In this document: piece by piece, positions 17,204-26,337 of the stretch
Position numbering within the stretch: the first letter of the stretch is position 1
How the letters are laid out: each line of letters begins with the position of its first letter
From: Deltaproteobacteria bacterium
GTDB taxonomy: Bacteria > Myxococcota_A > Polyangia > Polyangiales > JAFGIB01
Length of the DNA stretch: 52,710 nucleotides
Assembly: GCA_016929805.1 (NCBI GenBank)
Contig: JAFGIB010000290.1
Location: forward strand, 1 to 52,710
Direction: 5' to 3'
Notes under the pieces: generated by a model
The model's database searches: none
What the model was told of the DNA's origin: nothing
The model's input: only the letters and a program-made list of their open reading frames with translations
Translations under genes and position numbers: made by a program

Positions 17204-19006
17204 TTATTGCCTTGCGGCTGGGGATCCCTCGGCTGTCCGTTCGCGCCGCCCTAGGGTAGCCGGGCTCGCGCGGCGGTTACCTGCGTGTAGGCCGTCCCAG
17301 AAGGCGCTGGTATTAGTCCCAAGAGTGCGGATTCGGTAGCCTCCCTCTTGCACCACCAGGGTCGGCAGGCCGAGCTCGCCCACCAATCGACCGTTCTGAG
17401 CGAAGTCGCGGGCGTCCAGGTTCCAGTTGCCGGTGGGATCTCCGCGAGCCGTGTCCAATCCCAACGCAACCACCAAAAACGTCGGCCGAAAATCGCGAAT
17501 GACCCCCAGCGCCCGTTTGAGCGTGGCAATATACTGCCCGTCGGCGAGCTTTTCAGGCAGCGGCAGGTTCAGATTATAACCCTTGCCTGCATCCTCGCCG
17601 CGCTCCGTGGTAAAGCCCGAAAAATAGGGGTACGCGAAATCAGGATGGCCGTGAATCGATATCGTCAGCACATTATTTTGTTTATAAAAAATGTCCTGCT
17701 GGCCGTTGCCGTGGTGATAATCCAAATCCAGAATCGCCACCCGACCCTCTCGGCTGAGTAGCTGCGCCGCCAAGGCGTTGTTGTTGAAATAACAGAACCC
17801 CCCGAACAAGCGCCGTTCCGCGTGATGTCCCGGAGGGCGGACCAAGGCGTAGCTCAATCGCCATCCTTGCACCAACAACCGGGCGCCGGTCAGCGCGCAG
17901 TCCGCCGCGCCGCGCGCCGCGTGCCAGGCATTTCGCGAAAGCGGCGTGAAGGTGTCGATGCAATAGTATCCCGCGCGCAAAGCCATCTCGAGCGGCGGCT
18001 TGGCGCGCCTTCGAATCGGAAAGACATAAGGGTATACCGCTTGCTTTTCCGGCAGTCGCGCGCACATCCGACGCAAATATTCGACATAGTCCGAGTCGTG
18101 CACCGTCTTGAGGGCGCTCACGGCGTGCGGCTCGGGATCGATAATTACGAAAAGTCCGCTTTTCTTCAGCTCCGTAAGGATACGCGAGATGCGAACCGGA
18201 CTCTCGACATAGCCGCGCTCGCGCACGTGGTGGATCTCATGCCGGTTGTTGATCAACAACGCGACCTGCGCCTTGACCGTCACAGGAGCGGAAAGCTGAA
18301 AATCGGAAGCGATGCGGCGATATCGAAATGGTCTCAACCTCACCGGGTCGTCGGTAAACGACGCGACCACCCGGTCGACATATTCGGGCGGGCAGAGCTT
18401 GGAATACTTGCGCTCGAGCACCGCGCGGACCACCTGCCGGGCGAAATCGCGACTCAGCGGTTGCTCGCTTCCAATCCCGTCGTAGACAAGCAGAGGCATG
18501 CAGTTATCGCTTGGCTTAATCGCAAGCTGATACTCGGTCCCGTCGACGGGGCGCGCGCCGTAGCGCTCGTAAAAACGCAGCCTGCGACGATTGTCCGCTA
18601 TCACGCTTTTGTCCGCGCGGCACGACTCAAAATCGTCCGGTAGACATTCGAAAAAGAGTCCCTTGGCGGCCAAGGCGCGCGCTTCGTCGCGCGCCGCTTC
18701 GTACAGAGCGCCACCTACACCGTAGCTGGTCTTACCTTTCTCCACCGCTAAAAAGTCTAAAAAACAGAAGCCGATTTGAGGCTCGTGCATCAGTACGGCG
18801 CAGCCCACCACCCGGAAACGCCGCTCGGCCACGACCAGAATATAGCGGAACCGCTTGCGGAACGGATTGCGCAGCCGATCAGGCAAGCCTTCGATCTCCT
18901 CGCGTCGAGCCTCGGGGAAGTGCGCTCTCAGGATTTGAACCGCGTGGTCCAAGGCCGTACGATTGGGCGGCAGGACGTCGTCGTGAATGCGGCGAATTCG
19001 AAACAT
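17204..19006 (-). CDS. GNAT acetyltransferase fused to an HDAC/acetylpolyamine amidohydrolase domain
   Basis: N-terminal FLDFLAV..YGVGGALY and RLRFYERYG; C-terminal RPPGHHA, GGFCYFNN, DLDYHHGNG, GLDT..DP, QEGGY. Confidence 0.9.
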   Translation of the reverse strand: MFRIRRIHDDVLPPNRTALDHAVQILRAHFPEARREEIEGLPDRLRNPFRKRFRYILVVAERRFRVVGCAVLMHEPQIGFCFLDFLAVEKGKTSYGVGGALYEAARDEARALAAKGLFFECLPDDFESCRADKSVIADNRRRLRFYERYGARPVDGTEYQLAIKPSDNCMPLLVYDGIGSEQPLSRDFARQVVRAVLERKYSKLCPPEYVDRVVASFTDDPVRLRPFRYRRIASDFQLSAPVTVKAQVALLINNRHEIHHVRERGYVESPVRISRILTELKKSGLFVIIDPEPHAVSALKTVHDSDYVEYLRRMCARLPEKQAVYPYVFPIRRRAKPPLEMALRAGYYCIDTFTPLSRNAWHAARGAADCALTGARLLVQGWRLSYALVRPPGHHAERRLFGGFCYFNNNALAAQLLSREGRVAILDLDYHHGNGQQDIFYKQNNVLTISIHGHPDFAYPYFSGFTTERGEDAGKGYNLNLPLPEKLADGQYIATLKRALGVIRDFRPTFLVVALGLDTARGDPTGNWNLDARDFAQNGRLVGELGLPTLVVQEGGYRIRTLGTNTSAFWDGLHAGNRRASPATLGRRERTAEGSPAARQ

Positions 19007-19246
19007 GAAAAGAACTCCTGCGCCCGATGCTATTGTTCAGACGCGCTAATGACCAGATACCATAACAGGCTCATGAAACCGATGGCAAATATCGAAACGC
19101 GTTATCGCTCTCTCGATCTTTTATGCGGCTTCGAGCGAAAGCGGCGAAATGCGTGAACTCGAATGGTTGCGCTACCGATACATACGCATTGAACGTTTTC
19201 TGCGATCTATTTACCATGCTAGTCGTATCGACATAGGACTCTGACC

Positions 19247-20533
19247 GTGAAAGAGATCTCCAGACACCCGGGATTTTACAAGCTTCCGATAGACGAACGC
19301 CTGCGCGTGGCGGCGCAAGCGTTGGAAATCGAGCTTGACGAGCTTATCGCTGCGATTGATCGAGGCGGCTTGCAAGCCGAAACCGCGGATAAAATTATCG
19401 AGAATGTCATCGGCACCTACGCGCTGCCTTTTGCCCTTGGGCTCAATTTCAAGGTCAACGGACGGGACTATTTGGTTCCCATGGCGGTGGAAGAGCCTTC
19501 GGTGGTGGCCGCCGCCTCTAACGCCGCGAAGATGATACGCGCTGGAGGCGGGTTTTTCGCGGATGCGGACGAATCGATCATGATCGGCCAGGTCCAATTG
19601 GAATACGTTCCAAACGCGGCCGAGGCCAGCGCGGCGATAATAAGCCATGAAAAAGAGCTGGTCGATCTCGGCAATCGAGCAATTCCCGACTTGCTGCTTC
19701 ACGGCGGTGGCGTACGCGGTTTGGAAGTTCGGCAATTAACCGATGACATGTTGGTGGTTCATATGTTGGTCGATTGCAGGGACGCGATGGGTGCGAATAC
19801 GGTCAATACGGTTTGCGAGAGCGTCTCCGGCAGAATCGGCTTGCTCGCCCGTTGCCGAGTTGGGCTTCGCATACTGTCGAACTTATGTGATCAGCGCAAG
19901 GTCCGGGTAACGGTGAAGGTTCCTCCGAGCGCGATCGCGTCCAAAGGCTTTTCCGGTGAGCAGGTGCGCGACGGGATCGCCAAGGCTTCGCGCTTCGCCG
20001 AAATCGATCCCTATCGCGCGGCGACCCATAATAAAGGCGTGATGAACGGCATAGACGCGGTTGTGATCGCCACCGGCAACGATTTTCGCGCGGTTGAGGC
20101 CGGCGCGCATGCGTATGCCGCTAGAAGCGGACGGTATCGACCGTTGTGCACGTTTTGCGTGGATGACCAGGGTCAGCTATTGGGAAAGATGGAAATCCCG
20201 ATGGCGTTAGGGATCATAGGAGGTCCGACACGAGTTCATCAAGGCGCGCGGATGGCGCTTAGAATATTAAATGTAAAAAGCGCGCGCGAGCTGGCGCAAG
20301 TGGTCGCCAGCGTGGGCCTCGCCTCCAACTTGGCCGCGCTGCGGGCATTGTCGACCGAGGGCATCCAGCGCGGCCATATGACCTTACACGCGCGCAGCGT
20401 GGCGATTGCCGCGGGCGCTCAAGGCGCTCAAGTCGAGCTCGTGGCGGAACGGATTAGAGCGCTGGGCCAAATAACCGTCGAAGCAGCCGAGCAAGTACTC
20501 CAGGATCTGTCCAACGAGCGTTACTCTACGTAG
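19247..20533 (+). CDS. mvaA: Class II HMG-CoA reductase
   Basis: ENVIG, EEPSVVAA, DAMGAN, THNKG, EGIQRGHM. Confidence 0.95.
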   Translation: MKEISRHPGFYKLPIDERLRVAAQALEIELDELIAAIDRGGLQAETADKIIENVIGTYALPFALGLNFKVNGRDYLVPMAVEEPSVVAAASNAAKMIRAGGGFFADADESIMIGQVQLEYVPNAAEASAAIISHEKELVDLGNRAIPDLLLHGGGVRGLEVRQLTDDMLVVHMLVDCRDAMGANTVNTVCESVSGRIGLLARCRVGLRILSNLCDQRKVRVTVKVPPSAIASKGFSGEQVRDGIAKASRFAEIDPYRAATHNKGVMNGIDAVVIATGNDFRAVEAGAHAYAARSGRYRPLCTFCVDDQGQLLGKMEIPMALGIIGGPTRVHQGARMALRILNVKSARELAQVVASVGLASNLAALRALSTEGIQRGHMTLHARSVAIAAGAQGAQVELVAERIRALGQITVEAAEQVLQDLSNERYST

Positions 20534-22008
20534 CCGAGCGAACGCAAGCCTTTCTCGATCTCCTTGGATAAGCGAGGAATCAGTGACTGGGTTTCAACGC
20601 CGGTTCGAATCCGCCATTGCGCGAGCTGCTGATGCAGCTTCTTTACCAAGTCGGGCTTGCTTTGAGCGAGATTGACCCGTTCGTCCGGATCCGCCTGCAA
20701 ATCGAAAAGCTGCTGGTACCATCCGCCCGATTCAAGCGGATATTCGACGAGCTTTACATTCGGCAATCTTATCGATGATATAAGACCTTTCTTACTTAAG
20801 CGCGCGCTGATCTCCGGAACGCGAACGGGCTCCGGCCTTGCGTGACTGAAGGCCGGGTGGGGCGCTTTATCTCGTTCGCTTCCTTTAATCAAAGCCAGCA
20901 GCGACCGCCCCTCGAGCCGCTCCGGCTTACGGCAACGTAAGAAATCCAACACGGTCGGCAAAACATCTACTAGCGTGACCTGCTGTTCGATGCGCCTGGC
21001 GGCCCACTTCTTGTCGGGAAAGTGCACGATCAAGGGAACGCGAAGTTGCTCGTCGTAAACCCGACCGCCGTGATCGGCGACCCACTCGCGTTCAAAAAGC
21101 GTCTCCCCATGATCCGACAGCAAGATCATAAGGGTGTTTTCCTGTATTCTCGTCCGCTTGAGCTCGTTTAGCAACCGCTCGACAATGATATCGGAAAACA
21201 AGACCTCGCCATTATAGCGAGCCTCGTATTCCCGCTCTTCCTTGGGTTCGAGCTTGAGCTTGATCTTCAATCCGGGAAGGTTGTCGCGCTCGTCGGGCGC
21301 CTCGAGCCGGGATTGTTCGGGTAAAAACCTCAATGCATATTGAGCCGGCGGAACATAGGGAAAATGGGGCTCGAAGAGGTGCAAGAAGAGAAAAAAGGGC
21401 TTTTCACCCTCACCCTTATCCCTAAGCCAGCGTTTGGCTAAAGCCCAGGTAATCTCTCCCTCCCTGCGGCTGCCGCTGAAAGCCGCGTTATACTCGTCGA
21501 AACCGCGCTGTAAATCCGTATGTGGCGTTAATGTCCAACCGCTGATAAATCCGCCGGTCGCATACCCCTCCTCTTTTAGTATCGACGCCATGGTCGGTAC
21601 CTTTTCTTTCAAACGCATGCCATTGCGCAAAATACCGTGCGACCCGGGAAAAAGCCCGGTAAATATCGTTGCATGAGAGGGAGCGGTGTTGGTCTGCGCG
21701 CTGATGGCCGTATCAAAGACCACGCTCTCTGCGGCCAGTCGGTCGATTACGGGGCTGGTGGCTTTTTCGTAGCCATAGACGCCGAGCCGGTCTCTACGAA
21801 GCGTATCGATGCTGATGAGAATTAGATTCGGCTGATCGCCGGCGGCGGCGACCGCCGATTTATTCGCTGAAGTCGCCTCCGGTGCGCTCGCTTGCTTTCC
21901 GCTCGTGCTTCTCTTCGAGCAGGAAAGAACGGCGAATAACGCGAGGGTAAAAAGCAATGCAATAATAATACTGGACTCAACGCGAGTGTTTTGTCTTTTG
22001 TCGGACAT
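20521..22008 (-). CDS. Sulfatase-fold lipoprotein with a TxPSH motif
   Basis: PNLILISIDTLRRD, TAPSHATIFTG, HLFEPH, SDHGE, FDLQADPDE; 13-nt convergent overlap with mvaA. Confidence 0.85.
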   Translation of the reverse strand: MSDKRQNTRVESSIIIALLFTLALFAVLSCSKRSTSGKQASAPEATSANKSAVAAAGDQPNLILISIDTLRRDRLGVYGYEKATSPVIDRLAAESVVFDTAISAQTNTAPSHATIFTGLFPGSHGILRNGMRLKEKVPTMASILKEEGYATGGFISGWTLTPHTDLQRGFDEYNAAFSGSRREGEITWALAKRWLRDKGEGEKPFFLFLHLFEPHFPYVPPAQYALRFLPEQSRLEAPDERDNLPGLKIKLKLEPKEEREYEARYNGEVLFSDIIVERLLNELKRTRIQENTLMILLSDHGETLFEREWVADHGGRVYDEQLRVPLIVHFPDKKWAARRIEQQVTLVDVLPTVLDFLRCRKPERLEGRSLLALIKGSERDKAPHPAFSHARPEPVRVPEISARLSKKGLISSIRLPNVKLVEYPLESGGWYQQLFDLQADPDERVNLAQSKPDLVKKLHQQLAQWRIRTGVETQSLIPRLSKEIEKGLRSLGYVE

Positions 22009-22011
22009 CGG

Positions 22012-23154
22012 TTAAAACGCCTTGGGTAATCCGAGCACTTGTTCCGCGATATAACTCAATAACATATTATTAAACACAAACACCGAAGCGTCGCGCAGTT
22101 TTCGTTCGATATCGTATTCCGTCGCGAGGCCCCAGCCGCCGAAGCTGGTCAAAGCCGCGCGTCCCGCTTCCCAAGCCGCTTCGGACGCAAGGACTTTTGC
22201 CAGCGCCGAACGTCCGGAGGCATCCTGCTTGCTTTCGAGCAAGCGCAACGCGTCCCAGCGCATGAGGTCGGCGGCCTCGGTTTTTGCATATGCCTGAGTC
22301 AACGGATACTGCACGCCCTGATTCTGTCCGACAGGACGGTTGAAAGTGATTCGCGTCTTCGCGTGCTCGATGCTTCGGTCCAAAAAGAACCTCGCGTTTC
22401 CTATCGACTCGGACGCGGCTAACAAACGCCGCAGAGCAAAACCCTTCATTAAGCATTTAAGGCCACCGCCTACCGGGCCCAAACGCGCGACGTCGGAAAC
22501 GCGAAGCCCATCGATGAAAAGCGTGGTTGTCAAACGATTGGCAATGAGCGTAACGGAATGGGTTTCTATCTTATCGCCAAGCTCTTTTCGATCGAGCAGA
22601 AAGAGCGTCGGTCCGCGGTCGGTTCGTACGAGCAATATCATCAAATCGCTGTGCTCGACGAGCGAGATTAGAACCTTGCGCGCGTCGAGCACCCAATGGT
22701 CCCCGTCAAGACGGGCGTAGCTCTCCAAATGGCTCATATCCGCGCCCGAATCCGGCTCGGTCGCGGCAACCGTGAGCAACCTGATCTTCCCGGACGCGAT
22801 CCCGGGAAGATATCGCGCGCGCTGCTCATCGGTTCCGTCCCGAACCAAGGTACTGGAGATCGCCATCTGAGCGTTGATAACCGAAGCGTCTCCACCAAAT
22901 CGATTTATCTCTTCCACTACCACCGCGGCGGTCGATGGGCCGAGACCAAGACCCCCATACTCCTTCGGGATCAAAGCACCGGGATAGCCCTTCTCGGCCA
23001 TTAAATCGACAAAAGCATCCGGAAAAGCGCGCGTTCGATCGACCTCTCGCCAGTATTCGGCGCCGAACTCGCGAGCCATCAATCGTATCTGTCTGCGAAC
23101 CTCTTTTAACTCGGGGCGCTCGATCATGTCACGGTCCAGATCTGTCATCGTCAC
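22012..23154 (-). CDS. Acyl-CoA dehydrogenase family protein
   Basis: IPKEYGGLGLG, ATEPDSGAD, RITFNRPVGQNQGVQ, FGGWG..EY.IER. Confidence 0.88.
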   Translation of the reverse strand: MTMTDLDRDMIERPELKEVRRQIRLMAREFGAEYWREVDRTRAFPDAFVDLMAEKGYPGALIPKEYGGLGLGPSTAAVVVEEINRFGGDASVINAQMAISSTLVRDGTDEQRARYLPGIASGKIRLLTVAATEPDSGADMSHLESYARLDGDHWVLDARKVLISLVEHSDLMILLVRTDRGPTLFLLDRKELGDKIETHSVTLIANRLTTTLFIDGLRVSDVARLGPVGGGLKCLMKGFALRRLLAASESIGNARFFLDRSIEHAKTRITFNRPVGQNQGVQYPLTQAYAKTEAADLMRWDALRLLESKQDASGRSALAKVLASEAAWEAGRAALTSFGGWGLATEYDIERKLRDASVFVFNNMLLSYIAEQVLGLPKAF

Positions 23155-23637
23155 GTAAACGGCTTGAAATCAGTATAAAAAATGTTCCGCCGTAACTTTG
23201 TTATATCGCTCCAGGTCGTCCAGGGACAACAGCGCACAGAGCCCGCTTAGCTAAAAATCGAAGCGCAGATCTCGCTGACCAGCGTCGATCTTTCCCAAAG
23301 GATAAAGGAAAAACATAATAAATTCAATATGATAGTTAATTTCCTCAAAAAAAACAGCACTCACGAGCCGCCGAGAGAACCAAGCCGAGCGAGGCGAGGA
23401 TGCAAATAGAAAAACGTAACTGTAACGCAATCTCACTTTCGCTCGGGCGCTCAGCTCATTGATATTAGAGTTGAAAAGGAATAACAATCGCGTTCTAACT
23501 CATCTCGCTAACACACCGATCAACGCCTGACGCTTGATTGCGAGCGAGGGCAGTTCGACAACATCAAGGGCAACACCACTCATCGGAGCGACGGCTTTCT
23601 AATCGCCTTAAATCGCCTCGGTCCAGAAGGAGTAGAT

Positions 23638-26283
23638 ATGGCATCCAAGAAGGGAAAAAAATACGTTTTCTTTTTCCGACCCGGCAAAGCAGAGGGCAAA
23701 GGAAATAACAAAAACCTACTCGGCGGCAAGGGCGCCGGCCTCGCCGAGATGTGTAACCTGGGTATTCCGGTACCTTCTGGATTCACCATCTCCACCGAGG
23801 CGTGCATCTACTACTTCAAAAACGGAAACAAGTGGCCCGTGGGGCTACAGCAAGAGGTGGATAAGAACATGGCCAAATTGGAATCGGGGATGGGAGCCCG
23901 ATTCGGCGACAGGGACAATCCTCTCTTGGTCTCGGTACGGTCAGGCGCGCGAGCCTCCATGCCGGGCATGATGGACACGGTGCTCAACCTCGGCCTAAAC
24001 GACAAAACCATCGCCGGGCTGATCAAACGCACCGACAATCCTAGGTTTGTTTACGACTCCTATCGCCGCTTTATCCATATGTTCTCGGACGTGGTGCTGG
24101 GTGTGGAAAAGGCGTTATTCGAGAAAGAGCTCTCCGCGTTGAAACAAGCAAAGGGGGTCGATCTCGATATGCAGCTTGACGCCGACGCCTTGATTCATCT
24201 CTGCGAACGCTATAAGGAAATCTTCAAAGCCCATACCGGGAAGGAGTTCCCGCAGGACCCGAAAAAACAGCTACAAATGGCGATTAACGCGGTATTCGGC
24301 TCTTGGAACAATAAGCGCGCCAAAGACTACCGAAGGCTTTATAACATCCCCGAGGACTGGGGCACCGCGGTCAACGTTCAAGCGATGGTGTTCGGCAACT
24401 CGGGAGACAAATCGGGTACGGGAGTGGCCTTCACCCGCAGCCCGTCCACGGGCGAAAACGTTTTCTTCGGCGAGTTTTTGGTCAACGCGCAAGGTGAAGA
24501 TGTGGTGGCGGGAATTCGCACGCCGCTTTCGATCGACGGTATGGGCAAGACCTTCCCGCAAGCTGCCGACAAGCTGCGCGCCATAGCGAAACGGTTGGAA
24601 AACCACTATCGCGACATGCTCGATCTCGAGTTCACGATTCAGGAAGAGACGCTTTATATGCTCCAGAGTCGCGTGGGCAAACGGACCGCGGCCTCGGCCA
24701 TCAAGATCGCGCATGATATGGTGCAGGAGAAACGCATTAAGAGGGAAGAGGCGGTGCTCAGGATTCACCCGTCGCAAATCGATCAACTACTGCATAAAAC
24801 CATTGATCCAAAGGCGACCCTGGAGGTGCTGACCACGGGGCTGCCGGCCTCGCCGGGCGCGGCGGTAGGACGGGTCGTTTTCAGCTCCGAGGAGGCCATT
24901 GAGCTACACGCGAAGGGTGAGCCCGCGCTTTTGGTTCGCTACGAGACCTCGCCGGAGGATCTCGCCGGCATGTCGGCGTCCGAGGGGATTTTGACGGTTC
25001 ACGGCGGGATGACCTCACACGCCGCGGTAGTCGCGCGCGGAATGGGCAAGTGCTGCGTAGCGGGCGCCGGCGAAATCGAGATGGACGAGGAAGACAAAAC
25101 CTTTAGCGTAAAGGGAGTCACGGTTCGCGCGGGCGATTGGTTGACCCTGGACGGAAGCGCCGGCCGAGTGATTCTCGGAAGCACCGATCTCGTCTCTCCC
25201 ACGCTTACCGGAGAATTCGGCACCATAATGCAGTGGGCCGACAAATTTCGCAGGCTAAAAATAAGAGCAAACGCCGATACGCCCGAGGACGCGACCTTGG
25301 CGCGCAAATTCGGAGCCGAGGGTATCGGTCTTTGCCGCACCGAGCACATGTTTTTCGCCGAGGATCGCATTCTCGCCGTCCGTCAGATGATCGTATCGGA
25401 TACCGATGATCAACGCGCTGTCGCCTTACAAAAGCTATTACCGATGCAGAAGAACGACTTCATCGGTATCCTCGAAGCGATGCAAGGGTTGCCGGTGACG
25501 ATTCGGCTTTTAGACCCACCGCTTCACGAATTTTTGCCCAAGACCAAAGCTTCGATCGAGAAGGTGGCCGAGGAGATGGGGATTTCCGCCGACGCGGTAG
25601 AAAGACGAGTGGAAGCGCTATCGGAGGCTAATCCCATGTTGGGCCACCGTGGATGCCGCCTCGGCATCACGCTATCGGCGATTTATGAAATGCAGGTTCG
25701 CGCGATTTTTGAGGCCACCGCGGAGCTCAAAAAGCGCAAGGTCGATGCCAGGCCGGAAGTCATGATCCCTCTCGTCGGGATAAAAAAGGAGCTTGAAATC
25801 TGCAAAGAGATGGTGATTCGCGTTGGCAAAGAGGTGCAAAAGGCGGAAGGCGTGAAGTTTCCCATCGAGGTCGGAACGATGATCGAGCTACCGCGCGCCT
25901 GCTTGGTCGCGGATCAGATAGCCGAGGAGGCGGAGTTTTTCTCTTTTGGCACCAACGATCTCACTCAAACGACCCTTGGTCTATCGCGCGATGACGCGGG
26001 AAGCTTCCTTCCCCACTACGTCGAGCGAGGGATTCTCCCCTATGATCCTTTCGCCAGCATTGACGAAGAGGGCGTGGGTTCGCTGATGAAGCTGGGAATC
26101 CAAAAGGGACGCAAGGTCAAGCCCAAGCTTAAGATCGGAATCTGCGGTGAGCACGGCGGCGATCCGAGGTCGGTGTCGTTCTGCCATGCCGTGGGGCTGA
26201 ACTACGTCAGTTGCTCCCCGTACCGGGTGCCCATCGCTCGGCTCGCGGCGGCGCACGCCGCCTTGGGCGAGAAACGCAAGTAG
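23638..26283 (+). CDS. ppdK: Pyruvate, phosphate dikinase
   Basis: LGGKGAGLAEM, VSVRSGA..SMPGMMDT, GGMTSHAAVVARG, GLCRTEHMF, SFGTNDLTQ, GICGEHGG. Confidence 0.98.
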   Translation: MASKKGKKYVFFFRPGKAEGKGNNKNLLGGKGAGLAEMCNLGIPVPSGFTISTEACIYYFKNGNKWPVGLQQEVDKNMAKLESGMGARFGDRDNPLLVSVRSGARASMPGMMDTVLNLGLNDKTIAGLIKRTDNPRFVYDSYRRFIHMFSDVVLGVEKALFEKELSALKQAKGVDLDMQLDADALIHLCERYKEIFKAHTGKEFPQDPKKQLQMAINAVFGSWNNKRAKDYRRLYNIPEDWGTAVNVQAMVFGNSGDKSGTGVAFTRSPSTGENVFFGEFLVNAQGEDVVAGIRTPLSIDGMGKTFPQAADKLRAIAKRLENHYRDMLDLEFTIQEETLYMLQSRVGKRTAASAIKIAHDMVQEKRIKREEAVLRIHPSQIDQLLHKTIDPKATLEVLTTGLPASPGAAVGRVVFSSEEAIELHAKGEPALLVRYETSPEDLAGMSASEGILTVHGGMTSHAAVVARGMGKCCVAGAGEIEMDEEDKTFSVKGVTVRAGDWLTLDGSAGRVILGSTDLVSPTLTGEFGTIMQWADKFRRLKIRANADTPEDATLARKFGAEGIGLCRTEHMFFAEDRILAVRQMIVSDTDDQRAVALQKLLPMQKNDFIGILEAMQGLPVTIRLLDPPLHEFLPKTKASIEKVAEEMGISADAVERRVEALSEANPMLGHRGCRLGITLSAIYEMQVRAIFEATAELKKRKVDARPEVMIPLVGIKKELEICKEMVIRVGKEVQKAEGVKFPIEVGTMIELPRACLVADQIAEEAEFFSFGTNDLTQTTLGLSRDDAGSFLPHYVERGILPYDPFASIDEEGVGSLMKLGIQKGRKVKPKLKIGICGEHGGDPRSVSFCHAVGLNYVSCSPYRVPIARLAAAHAALGEKRK

Positions 26284-26300
26284 TCCCCGGCGCTACCTTA

Positions 26301-26337
26301 ACCTTAACGTTGCAAAAGATCCGTCGGCGTAAACCGC
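26301..26337 (+). mobile_element. Family A partial copy (left end)
   Basis: ACCTTAACGTTGCAAAAGATCCGTCGGCGTAAACCGC matches 34285-34321 with two differences. Confidence 0.85.

Noticed and set aside
19247-20533. Stand-alone HMG-CoA reductase as a novelty
   Set aside because: Mevalonate-pathway genes are established in myxobacteria and the motifs are canonical
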